Below are positions 45,204 through 53,675 of a stretch of DNA of 64,000 bases, one piece after another; position 1 is the first letter of the stretch; each line of letters opens with the position of its first letter. This DNA is from Candidatus Latescibacterota bacterium (GTDB taxonomy: Bacteria; Latescibacterota; UBA2968). The notes beneath the pieces were generated by a model. The model worked only from the letters and a program-made list of their open reading frames with translations, was not told the DNA's origin and ran no database searches. The stretch is taken from the NCBI GenBank assembly GCA_965222605.1, contig OZ244960.1, positions 3,648,001-3,712,000 of the forward strand, in the 5' to 3' direction. The translations under genes and the position numbers were made by a program.

Positions 45204-45658
45204 GCGCCGTCCTCGCTGCGATAGGGATTGGGGGGATCGACAAAGTCTTTGAGCAGGGGATGACCAAAATAGTCTTCTTCCATTAAGATGCGTTTCAGAT
45301 CGGGATGGCCGTCAAAGGTGACGCCATACATGTCAAAAATTTCGCGTTCGTACCAGTCGGCGGCGGGAAAGATTGCGGCAATACTGGGCGCAGTTGTATC
45401 GGGCGCAATGTCGGCGTGGATCACATGCCGTTGGGGAGAACCGTATTGGTTAAACTGATAAATTAGGCGAAACGTATCGTCGATCGCACGTCGATCCTGA
45501 CAGGTTATCATTTCGAGGTGAAAATCTTCGGATAGGAAGGTATCTGCGATCTGAGGGAGGGTATCGGCTGAAGCGGTGTATTGTACATGAAAGCCACGCG
45601 CGTCGTATTTGACATCGGTCGCGTCGAGCACGAGCAAAGAGAGTTTGTTGGCGATCAT
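45200..45658 (-). CDS. nuoC: NADH-quinone oxidoreductase subunit C
   Basis: WYEREIFDMYGV.F.GHPDLKRIL...GHPLLKDF. Confidence 0.94.
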   Translation of the reverse strand: MIANKLSLLVLDATDVKYDARGFHVQYTASADTLPQIADTFLSEDFHLEMITCQDRRAIDDTFRLIYQFNQYGSPQRHVIHADIAPDTTAPSIAAIFPAADWYEREIFDMYGVTFDGHPDLKRILMEEDYFGHPLLKDFVDPPNPYRSEDGA

Positions 45659-46188
45659 TTATTGAATTTCTTTCCGGCTCTGATTTTTTCTTCGAGTTTG
45701 AACAATGCGGCAAAGAGCGCTTCGGGGCGCGGAGGACAACCCGGTACGTACACATCAACGGGCACAATTTTGTCTGCGCCTTCGACAATGGCATATTGCC
45801 CGGGATATTTGAAGGGGCCGCCGTCAATGGTGCAACCCCCCATTGCTATGGCCCATTTTGGCGAGGGCATCTGGTCCCAGAGCGTTTTGATGGGTGTCGC
45901 CATCTTGCGGGAAATTGTGCCTGCGAGAATCATGACATCGGCTTGTCGCGCACTCGGGCGAAAGACGCCCGCGCCAATGCGGTCGAGGTCAAAGCGGGAT
46001 GCGCCTGCGGCCATCATTTCGATGGCGCAACAGGCCAGGCCGAATGTGAGGGGCCACAGGGATCGGGACCGGGCTTGATTGAGCAGGTTTTCCAGCAGGT
46101 TTATATGTATCAGTGGGCCAACCTGTTCGCGCAGTTCTTCAATATTTTTTGGATCGCCTGCCACGAGAGGGAGTTCTTGTTGTGCCAT
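45655..46188 (-). CDS. nuoB: NADH-quinone oxidoreductase subunit B
   Basis: GLACCAIEM, VDVYVPGCPPRPE. Confidence 0.96.
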   Translation of the reverse strand: MAQQELPLVAGDPKNIEELREQVGPLIHINLLENLLNQARSRSLWPLTFGLACCAIEMMAAGASRFDLDRIGAGVFRPSARQADVMILAGTISRKMATPIKTLWDQMPSPKWAIAMGGCTIDGGPFKYPGQYAIVEGADKIVPVDVYVPGCPPRPEALFAALFKLEEKIRAGKKFNK

Positions 46189-46562
46189 TATCGATGTCTC
46201 CAGTGCAAAACGCCTTTGCTCCAGGCGTAGATGATGGCGAGAAAAAGAATGCCGATGAAGATCGTGAGTTCGATGAAGTCGCGCCAGACGTAGGTCCCCG
46301 TGTCGTAGATTACGGCGATGGGAAGAATATACAGTACATCGACTTCAAACGCGACAAAGATGAGTGCAAACAGATAATAGGAGATGTCGAAGCGCACCCA
46401 GGCACTGCCAATTGTGTCCATGCCGCATTCGTAGGTCTCACGGGTTTTGCGACCCCGAGTGCGGGGCGAAATGATCAGGGGTAGCACGACGGGAATTGCA
46501 CCGAGAACAATGCCCGCGAGAAGCAGGGCTCCGAGAAAGCCGTATTGAGAAAACCAGTCCAT
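46188..46562 (-). CDS. nuoA: NADH-quinone oxidoreductase subunit A
   Basis: YECG, YYLFALIFVAFEVD, KGVLHW. Confidence 0.95.
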   Translation of the reverse strand: MDWFSQYGFLGALLLAGIVLGAIPVVLPLIISPRTRGRKTRETYECGMDTIGSAWVRFDISYYLFALIFVAFEVDVLYILPIAVIYDTGTYVWRDFIELTIFIGILFLAIIYAWSKGVLHWRHR

Positions 46563-46579
46563 TGTATTCTCCTATCTGC

Positions 46580-48895
46580 TCAATCTGCTGCCTGACCGCT
46601 TGCTGTTTGGCTGCCATCTGCTTCCCACAGTGCTTTCAGGACCCGCGATGGCGACATTGGCAACTCGTTTAACCGAATGCCAACAGCCCGATAAATCGCA
46701 TTGGCGACCGCAGCCGGCGGTGGGACAATTGGCACTTCGCCCACGCCGCGCACCCCGTATGGATGCCCCGGGTTGGGTACTTCTACAATGACTGTTTCAA
46801 TCATCGGCATGTCGAGTGTTGTGGGCATCCGATAATCCAGGAAAGAGGCGTTGACCATGACCCCCTGGTCGTTGTACACAAATTCCTCGTTCAATGCCCA
46901 TCCGATTCCCTGTACCACACCGCCCTGCATCTGTCCTTCCACATAGCCGGGATAGATGGCTTTGCCCGCGTCCTGAACGATGGTCGCCCGCAAAATATCC
47001 ACCTTGCCCGTATCTGGATCTACTTCGACATCTACGATTAATAGCGCGAATGCCGGGCCGGCCTGCTTGCCGCTTATGGCAGCGCGTCCTACTACGGGAC
47101 CGCCCGCCCGATTGACTCTGCTGGCGAGTTCTTTGAATGTTATCGATTTGGATGCATCCGATTTGGAGCGAAACGATCCGTCTTCAAAGACCACATCGTC
47201 TTTTGATATTTCCCATAATGTTGCCGCTCGTTCTATCATTTGTCGCTTTACGTCTTGGGCCGCTTCATAGCTCGCCCAGCCGGTTGCAAATGTCACGCGG
47301 CTTCCGCCTGTTCCATCGGTTTGTCCGATTGCGTCGGTATCCGTCACATTTGGCTTGATATCTTCGATGGAAAGATTCAGGACTTCGGCAAATTGCATGG
47401 CAACTGAGGTGCGCGTTCCCCCGATATCGGTTGAGCCTTCGACCAGTGCTACTGTGCCGTCCGGGTTTACACTGGCGACCACTGTGGATGTGCCTCCGCC
47501 ATTGAACCAGAATCCGGCGGCGACGCCGCGTCCCCGATTCGGTCCTTCAAGGGGGGTGCGATAGTGCGGATGCGCCATGGCCGCTTTTACTACTTCTTCT
47601 TGACCAATGCGTAAAAATATCGGTCCATCTGCCCGTCGCGTGCCTTCTTTAGACGCATTTTTTAATCGAAATTCGAGCGGGTCCATGCCGATCTGTTCGC
47701 ATATTTCATCTATTACTGTCTCAGACGCAAATGCCGCGTTGGTCGCGCCCGGCGCGCGGTAAGCGGATGATTGGGGTTTGTTTACCACGACATCGTAGCC
47801 GTCAATGAGCGAGTTTGGGATGCTGTAGGGCGAGAAAATACATCCCGCACCAGCGCCGACTGCTGAGCCGGGATAGGCACCGGCTTCGTATGCCATATAG
47901 GCTTGTGCCGCGGTTAGCATGCCGTCCCGCGTTGCGCCCATCTTGACTTTGATGTAGGATGCCGGCGTTGGGCCGGTGGCTTTTAATACTTCTGTGCGGG
48001 ACATGACCATTTTCACGGGTTTTCCGGTTTTTTGCGCCAGCAGGGCTGCGGACGGTTCTTCATATACCCGGAATTTTCCGCCAAATCCGCCACCAATTTC
48101 CAGCGGGATCACGCGCACGTCGCCCACTTCAAGGCCCAGCACATCGGCGACCTGGCCGCGCACTTCAAACGGTCCCTGTGAACTGCACCAGATAGTCAAC
48201 TTTCCATTTTCGCTCCAGTGCGCTGTTACATTGTGTGGTTCGATGTATCCCTGATGTACTGTTCCGGTTACAAATTCCCGATCTACGATTACGTCCGCTT
48301 CTTCAAATCCCTTCTCTACATCTCCCTGTTTGTGCTGAAAGTGATTTGCGATATTGCTCGCCTGGTCCGTTTCTTCGCCGAGAGATTTCATTTTTAAGTC
48401 GTCGTGCAATAATGGCGCGCCGTTTTCCATTGCGCGGCGCACTTCCAACACGGGTTCGAGTACTTCGTAATCTACGTCAATCAGGTTTAATGCTTCTTCT
48501 GCAATATGTGCAGAGGTGGCTGCGACGGCTGCGACGGCGTGTCCGTCGTAGAGTACTTTATCTCCGGCGAGGACATTGGCAATTAAGAACCGCAAATCGA
48601 CTGATCCTTCACCGAGGTCGGATACTTTGTCTTCGTAATTTTGAACGAGGTCTTTTCCCAGTACTATGGCTTTTACTCCGGGCAGTGCTTCTGCTTTGCT
48701 GGTGTCGATGGATTTGATCCGCGCATGCCCATGAGGGCTTCGCAATGTTTTGCCATAGAGCGATCCGGTCAAATGAAAGTCTGGTCCGTAAACCGCTCGG
48801 CCCGTCACTTTGTCCGTTCCATCGTGCCGAATGGGTCGCGTGCCCACTACTTTGTAATTTTCAATTCCCAAATAGTCTTCTTTTTTGATCGCCAT
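46580..48895 (-). CDS. Xanthine dehydrogenase-family molybdopterin-binding (large) subunit
   Basis: KVTGRAVY, LRSPHGHARI, GGGFGGK, AYRAPG, EGQMQGG, GVGEVP. Confidence 0.93.
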   Translation of the reverse strand: MAIKKEDYLGIENYKVVGTRPIRHDGTDKVTGRAVYGPDFHLTGSLYGKTLRSPHGHARIKSIDTSKAEALPGVKAIVLGKDLVQNYEDKVSDLGEGSVDLRFLIANVLAGDKVLYDGHAVAAVAATSAHIAEEALNLIDVDYEVLEPVLEVRRAMENGAPLLHDDLKMKSLGEETDQASNIANHFQHKQGDVEKGFEEADVIVDREFVTGTVHQGYIEPHNVTAHWSENGKLTIWCSSQGPFEVRGQVADVLGLEVGDVRVIPLEIGGGFGGKFRVYEEPSAALLAQKTGKPVKMVMSRTEVLKATGPTPASYIKVKMGATRDGMLTAAQAYMAYEAGAYPGSAVGAGAGCIFSPYSIPNSLIDGYDVVVNKPQSSAYRAPGATNAAFASETVIDEICEQIGMDPLEFRLKNASKEGTRRADGPIFLRIGQEEVVKAAMAHPHYRTPLEGPNRGRGVAAGFWFNGGGTSTVVASVNPDGTVALVEGSTDIGGTRTSVAMQFAEVLNLSIEDIKPNVTDTDAIGQTDGTGGSRVTFATGWASYEAAQDVKRQMIERAATLWEISKDDVVFEDGSFRSKSDASKSITFKELASRVNRAGGPVVGRAAISGKQAGPAFALLIVDVEVDPDTGKVDILRATIVQDAGKAIYPGYVEGQMQGGVVQGIGWALNEEFVYNDQGVMVNASFLDYRMPTTLDMPMIETVIVEVPNPGHPYGVRGVGEVPIVPPPAAVANAIYRAVGIRLNELPMSPSRVLKALWEADGSQTASGQAAD

Positions 48896-48941
48896 AGCGC
48901 GGTCCTCATAGGGAGAGGTGAATTCCAAAATGCACAAAGGT

Positions 48942-48971
48942 AATACTACAATAAGTATATATACTTAGACA
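48942..48971 (-). promoter_or_regulatory. Putative promoter with a perfect 16-bp palindrome in the spacer
   Basis: TAAGTATATATACTTA (48952-48967) lies between minus-strand TTGTCT and TAGTAT. Confidence 0.55.
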
Positions 48972-48977
48972 AATAAA

Positions 48978-50012
48978 TCAAGGGGGTACAAATGACATCT
49001 CCAATCGCTCTCGTACCGGCACCGCATATTGCCCGGCCGCGCGAATTGCTTCCACCATTCCCCGTTCTGCCGCTATTCCCTGTCCGGCAATGTCAAAGGC
49101 CGTTCCATGATCTACTGACGTGCGCAAAAACTTCAGCCCCATCGTCAGACTCACTGTTCCGTGAAAATCCAGCGTCTTGGATGCAATATGCCCTTGGTCG
49201 TGGTAAAGCGATAACACCCCATCATAACGCCCTTCCAACGCGAGATGAAATACCGAGTCCGCTGGCACCGGTCCTTGCACCCGCCATCCACGTCTTTGCG
49301 CCTCTTCTACAGCGGGGCCGATCACCTCAATCTCCTCTCGTCCAAACAAACCCTGCTCTCCTCCGTGTGGATTCAAGCCCGCCACAGCCAGAGTCGGTGT
49401 TTCCGTCCCCAGTTGCCGCAAATACAGATCGCACAGCGGCAATGCTTCCAAAATTCCTGCTTTTGTAATCGCATCTGGGATTTCCCGAAACGAAATATGT
49501 CGGGTGAGAAAGAAAATCTTCAAATTTTTCACCAAAAACAGCGTCATTGGCACTCGCAACGCCGCTCGAGCATTGAGCACCGCCGTATGGTCAATATAAG
49601 GCAGCTTTGCAGCCTGCAATGACTCTTTGTTCAGTGGCGCTGTAGCCAGGCCGACCACGGCACCTGAAAGAGCCGCATCAATTGCCCGGTCCAAATATTG
49701 ATATCCTGCCCGACCGCCTTCGGCAGAGATCTGGCCATAAGCAATCGGCTCGGACAAAGCCCCAACGTCAATAAAGTCGATACACCCGACTTCATAATGC
49801 CCGTTGCGCGGATTGTTTACAGCGTGCAAATCCATATCCACACCCAGCATCTTCACCGTCTGCTCCAAAACCGATCGGTCGGCAAAGACCAGCGGCTTTA
49901 CATCGTTGTAAATCGTCGGATGACCCAGTGTTTTAATCACAATTTCTGGTCCAATCCCCGCCGGATCGCCCACGGTCACGCCAATCACCGGGCGTTCTGT
50001 CAATTCAGCCAC
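48978..50012 (-). CDS. pdxA: 4-hydroxythreonine-4-phosphate dehydrogenase family (PdxA/PdxA2)
   Basis: GDPAGIGPE, GLNPHGGE, YHDQGHI, RTSVDHGTAFDIAG; GTG start after AGGAGGT. Confidence 0.9.
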   Translation of the reverse strand: MAELTERPVIGVTVGDPAGIGPEIVIKTLGHPTIYNDVKPLVFADRSVLEQTVKMLGVDMDLHAVNNPRNGHYEVGCIDFIDVGALSEPIAYGQISAEGGRAGYQYLDRAIDAALSGAVVGLATAPLNKESLQAAKLPYIDHTAVLNARAALRVPMTLFLVKNLKIFFLTRHISFREIPDAITKAGILEALPLCDLYLRQLGTETPTLAVAGLNPHGGEQGLFGREEIEVIGPAVEEAQRRGWRVQGPVPADSVFHLALEGRYDGVLSLYHDQGHIASKTLDFHGTVSLTMGLKFLRTSVDHGTAFDIAGQGIAAERGMVEAIRAAGQYAVPVRERLEMSFVPP

Positions 50013-50207
50013 GAGATCTACCTCCTGAAATACTGGTATCTGTAAAGAATAAGCGTTCCATAAACCACTGTCAACCGCATTGAGCTTCATTCGACAAATT
50101 CCCTGTTTCCATTTTTCTTTCACTGTTGCCAAAATATCAGGTATATACTATACGGTGAGGTTATGACGGCGGTATAGAGATGTAAAATCTAACGCTGGAG
50201 GAGAGTT

Positions 50208-51557
50208 ATGAAATTGCACGCAGGGGCTGCTACTTCCAATATTACACCCTGGCTGGGGGTTACGATGCCGGGAAGTTTTCGACCGCGATACGGAGAGGAT
50301 GTACACGACGAGCTTCTGGCCAAGGCATTGGTGATCGACAATGGAGACGTCAGGATTGCCATGGTGACCTGCGATTTGATTGCGATGCCAGAAGCGATTG
50401 CGAATGCAGTGAAGGCACGCATTAAAGAACGGTGTGGGATATCTCCTGAATGCGTGATGGTGAATGCGACGCATACACATTCAGGGGCAGGGGTGAGCAA
50501 TCTTCTAAGTATGGGTGAAGATGAGGGATATACGACATGGCTCCCGCTGAAAGTGGCCGATGCAGTGGAGTTGGCCGTCAAGAGAATGCGGCCTGCCCGA
50601 GCGGGGTTTGCCAGTGTGATGGAGGACCGTATTTCGTTTTATCGGCGCTGGCTGATGAAGGATGGGACAGTGCGGATGAATCCGGGTTTTAACAACCCGG
50701 ATCGCGTGCGGCCGATGGGAGAGATCGATCCGGAGTTGGCGATGATGTATGTGGAAGGGGTGGACGGTACGCCGATTTCGGTGGTGGCGAGTTTTTCTTT
50801 GCACTATGTGGGAACGGGCAGTGTCGGGCAGGTGTCGGCGGATTATTTTGGACAGTTTTTCAATTTGATGCGGCATTATCTGGGTGGGAACTGCGTGCCG
50901 ATCTTGTGGAATGCGGCGTCTGGACAAATTAATAACAACGATTATAGTGGCGAGCGGATTTGGCAGGATCGGGGGCACACCCGGGCGCGGCGGATGGCAA
51001 ATGTTCTGGCAGGACATGTTTTGACAGAGATCCAGTTGATGGATTTGGATGAGAAACTGGCATTGGAGGCTGTGACAGGGACGCTGGAATTTTCGAGGAA
51101 AGTGATTACAGAGACAGATCTCGACATTGCCGAACAGATTCTCGCAGGTGGATATGAATACGAGGAAGGTCCATTCAGTTGGGTGGTGGGACAACCGGTG
51201 CCGAAGGATCGGGTAGATGTGTATGCCAGGCAGTGCCAGCGGTTGGCGGCGTTGCCCGAACAGATGACGGCACCCGTGCAGGCGATCCGATTGGGCGATG
51301 CGGCGATTCTGGCGTTGCCGGGGGAGATTTTTGTGGAGAGTGGCCTTCGGATCAAGGCGCAGACATCGGCTTCGCCGTTGATGCTGGTGAGTCTGGCGAA
51401 CGGGTATATCGGGTATGTGTGTACAGATGAGGCATTGATACGGGAGGGGGGGTATGAAACCTGGGCAGCCCTGTCGTCTTTGGGGGGTGTAGGTACAGTG
51501 CCGGCAATGGAGACTTTGAGTCGGTCACTTTTGGAGACGCTGGGGTTTGTGGGGTGA
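50208..51557 (+). CDS. Neutral/alkaline ceramidase-like hydrolase
   Basis: VHDELLAKALV, NATHTHSG, LPGEIF, LANGYIGY, EGGYE. Confidence 0.8.
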   Translation: MKLHAGAATSNITPWLGVTMPGSFRPRYGEDVHDELLAKALVIDNGDVRIAMVTCDLIAMPEAIANAVKARIKERCGISPECVMVNATHTHSGAGVSNLLSMGEDEGYTTWLPLKVADAVELAVKRMRPARAGFASVMEDRISFYRRWLMKDGTVRMNPGFNNPDRVRPMGEIDPELAMMYVEGVDGTPISVVASFSLHYVGTGSVGQVSADYFGQFFNLMRHYLGGNCVPILWNAASGQINNNDYSGERIWQDRGHTRARRMANVLAGHVLTEIQLMDLDEKLALEAVTGTLEFSRKVITETDLDIAEQILAGGYEYEEGPFSWVVGQPVPKDRVDVYARQCQRLAALPEQMTAPVQAIRLGDAAILALPGEIFVESGLRIKAQTSASPLMLVSLANGYIGYVCTDEALIREGGYETWAALSSLGGVGTVPAMETLSRSLLETLGFVG

Positions 51558-51579
51558 ATTGCCGCAGAAAAGAGAGCCG

Positions 51580-52347
51580 TTATTTTGTTTTTTGATCGGG
51601 CGATGGGATGGGGTCAAGGCCGTGCCGAGAGATGAAGCGATCGACCTGGCGAAAGAGGCGGTGGATGGTCGCTACGTCGCGGTGTTCCATGTCGATGCGG
51701 CTGAAGATTCGGCGGATGGATCGGATGAAGGTCTGGGGGCGATGCCGCGAGACAAAGCCGAGTTTGTCGAGCGCTGTTTGGATGTGGTCATACATGGATT
51801 CGAGTTCGCGGTGCGTAGCCAAGTCGAGTTCTGATGGTTTGTAGGGGGCTTCGGAATGGGTTGCGCGAAAGAGTTCGTAGCCATAGATGAGGGTGGCTTG
51901 CGATAGGTTGAGGGAGGGATAGCGCACTGCCGAGGGGATGCGGGAGATTAGCTGACACAGTTGGATTTCGTTGTTGGTCAGTCCGTTTTCTTCCCGGCCA
52001 AAGACAATGGCTCCTTTGTGGTTTTCGGGAAGGGTCAACAGTTTGTCTGTCGCGGTTTGGGGCGGGTGTACGATGTCGAATTCGCGGCGTTTGCGATGGG
52101 ATGTGCCCACGGCGAGAGATACGTCTTCGAGTGCTTCGGGTAGTGAGGATACGACGGTTGCACCGTAGAGGATATCGCCCGATCCGTGCGCCATTGCGCG
52201 GGCAGTGCCGCTGGTGTGGTCGGGCGGGTTGACGAGATAGAGGCGCGATAGACCGGTGTTTTTCATCGCGCGAGCCACAGCGCCGATGTTGCCGGGTTCT
52301 TTGGGTTCAACCAGGACGATTCGGATGTGGTCGAGGGGGTTGGACAT
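51580..52347 (-). CDS. trmJ: TrmJ/LasT-family SPOUT RNA methyltransferase
   Basis: GNIGAVARAMKN, VFGREENGL, SLNLSQA. Confidence 0.88.
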   Translation of the reverse strand: MSNPLDHIRIVLVEPKEPGNIGAVARAMKNTGLSRLYLVNPPDHTSGTARAMAHGSGDILYGATVVSSLPEALEDVSLAVGTSHRKRREFDIVHPPQTATDKLLTLPENHKGAIVFGREENGLTNNEIQLCQLISRIPSAVRYPSLNLSQATLIYGYELFRATHSEAPYKPSELDLATHRELESMYDHIQTALDKLGFVSRHRPQTFIRSIRRIFSRIDMEHRDVATIHRLFRQVDRFISRHGLDPIPSPDQKTK

Positions 52348-53521
52348 GGTGGTCTCCATAAAAACTGTGTCTTACCTCGGTCATGGCGTCTAATAATTGT
52401 GCGATGTCGTCGTCGGTATGGGTTGCCATGACGGAGAGGCGCAGACGGCTTTGGCCCTCGGGTACGGTGGGGGGGCGTATGCCGTAGAGATAGATGCCGC
52501 GGTTGTAGAGGTACTCGGATATTTCAACGGTTTTTTGGGCGTCGCCAACGAGTATGGGTATGATATGGGTTTGGGATTGGGCGAGGTCGAAGCCGAGGGT
52601 TTGAAGACGCTGGCTGATGGTTGTGGTGTTGTGCCTCAGGCGCTGGCGCAAGCTGGCGTCGCGTTGGATGAGGTCGAGTGCCGCGGTGGTGGATGCACAG
52701 GCGTCGGGTGGCATTGCGGTGGTGTAGATATAAGCTGCCGAGCGGTTGCGAATGAGGTCGATGAGGTCGCGGCTGCCACAGATAAAACCGCCGGATGCGC
52801 CGAGGGCTTTGCTGCCCGAGGTCATGAGGATGTCGATGGTATCGGGGGAAAGGCCAAAGTGTTCGAAGGTGCCGCGACCGGTTGGACCGAGGATGCCGGT
52901 TGCGTGGGCGTCATCGACCATGAGGATGGCGTTGTATTGTTCGGCGAGGGAGACGAGTTCGGGCAGTGGGGCGATGTCTCCGTCCATTGAGAAGATGCCA
53001 TCGGTGACGATGAGGCGACGCCGATAGGCGGATGAGGTTTTGAGCTGGGATTCGAGGTGGGCGATGTCGCAGTGGTTATAGATGGCAATTTTTGCGCGGG
53101 AGAGGCGACAGCCATCAATGATGCTGCGGTGATTTAATTGGTCGCTAAAAATGATGTCGTCGCGGTTGATGAGGGCGGGTATGACGCCGAGGTTGGCTGT
53201 GTAGCCTGTGGGAAATGCGATGGCGGCTTCTGTGCCGAGGAATTGCGCCATGCTGCTTTCGAGGTCGGCATGCGGGGGCATATATCCCGAGATGAGTGCT
53301 GATGCTACGGTGCTGCTTCCATAGGTGTTGAGCGCTTCGACTGCTGCACCTTTGAGGACGGGATGGTTGGCGAGGCCCAGGTAGTTGTTTGAGCAAAAGA
53401 GGATGAGTTCCCGCCCTTTGATGCGGATGCGGGGTTCCTGGCTGGTTTCTACACATCGCACGGAGCGGTAGAGGTTTTGCTCGTGCAATGCCTGGAGTTC
53501 TGAATTGAGATCGGGCAACAT
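52307..53521 (-). CDS. bioF: 8-amino-7-oxononanoate synthase
   Basis: CSNNYLGL, DGIFSMDGD, VDDAHATG, SKALG, IRPPTVP. Confidence 0.9.
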   Translation of the reverse strand: MLPDLNSELQALHEQNLYRSVRCVETSQEPRIRIKGRELILFCSNNYLGLANHPVLKGAAVEALNTYGSSTVASALISGYMPPHADLESSMAQFLGTEAAIAFPTGYTANLGVIPALINRDDIIFSDQLNHRSIIDGCRLSRAKIAIYNHCDIAHLESQLKTSSAYRRRLIVTDGIFSMDGDIAPLPELVSLAEQYNAILMVDDAHATGILGPTGRGTFEHFGLSPDTIDILMTSGSKALGASGGFICGSRDLIDLIRNRSAAYIYTTAMPPDACASTTAALDLIQRDASLRQRLRHNTTTISQRLQTLGFDLAQSQTHIIPILVGDAQKTVEISEYLYNRGIYLYGIRPPTVPEGQSRLRLSVMATHTDDDIAQLLDAMTEVRHSFYGDHHVQPPRPHPNRPG

Positions 53522-53554
53522 GGGTTATAACCGGTTTGTTTTGTTGGACGGCAA

Positions 53555-53583
53555 TTGACAGGGATTTGACCCGCATTTATATT
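53555..53583 (+). promoter_or_regulatory. Sigma70 promoter for the lnt-tatC operon
   Basis: TTGACA, 17 bp, TATATT. Confidence 0.65.
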
Positions 53584-53675
53584 CCATAATCTTTGTGTTT
53601 TTTGCAACAGGGATTTTGTTTGTGATTTTTGCTAATCCGAATGGTTTTTGAATTGATGGGGTTAAAAGAGGGAAG

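Noticed and set aside
44073-46188. Group 4 NiFe-hydrogenase reading of the nuo-like cluster
   Set aside because: The large subunit lacks the CxxC Ni-binding motifs and has the quinone-site HPSTHG motif of NuoD.
46580-48895. Aerobic CO dehydrogenase CoxL
   Set aside because: The loop is AYRAPG, not AYxCSFR or AYRGAGR, and no coxM/S is adjacent.
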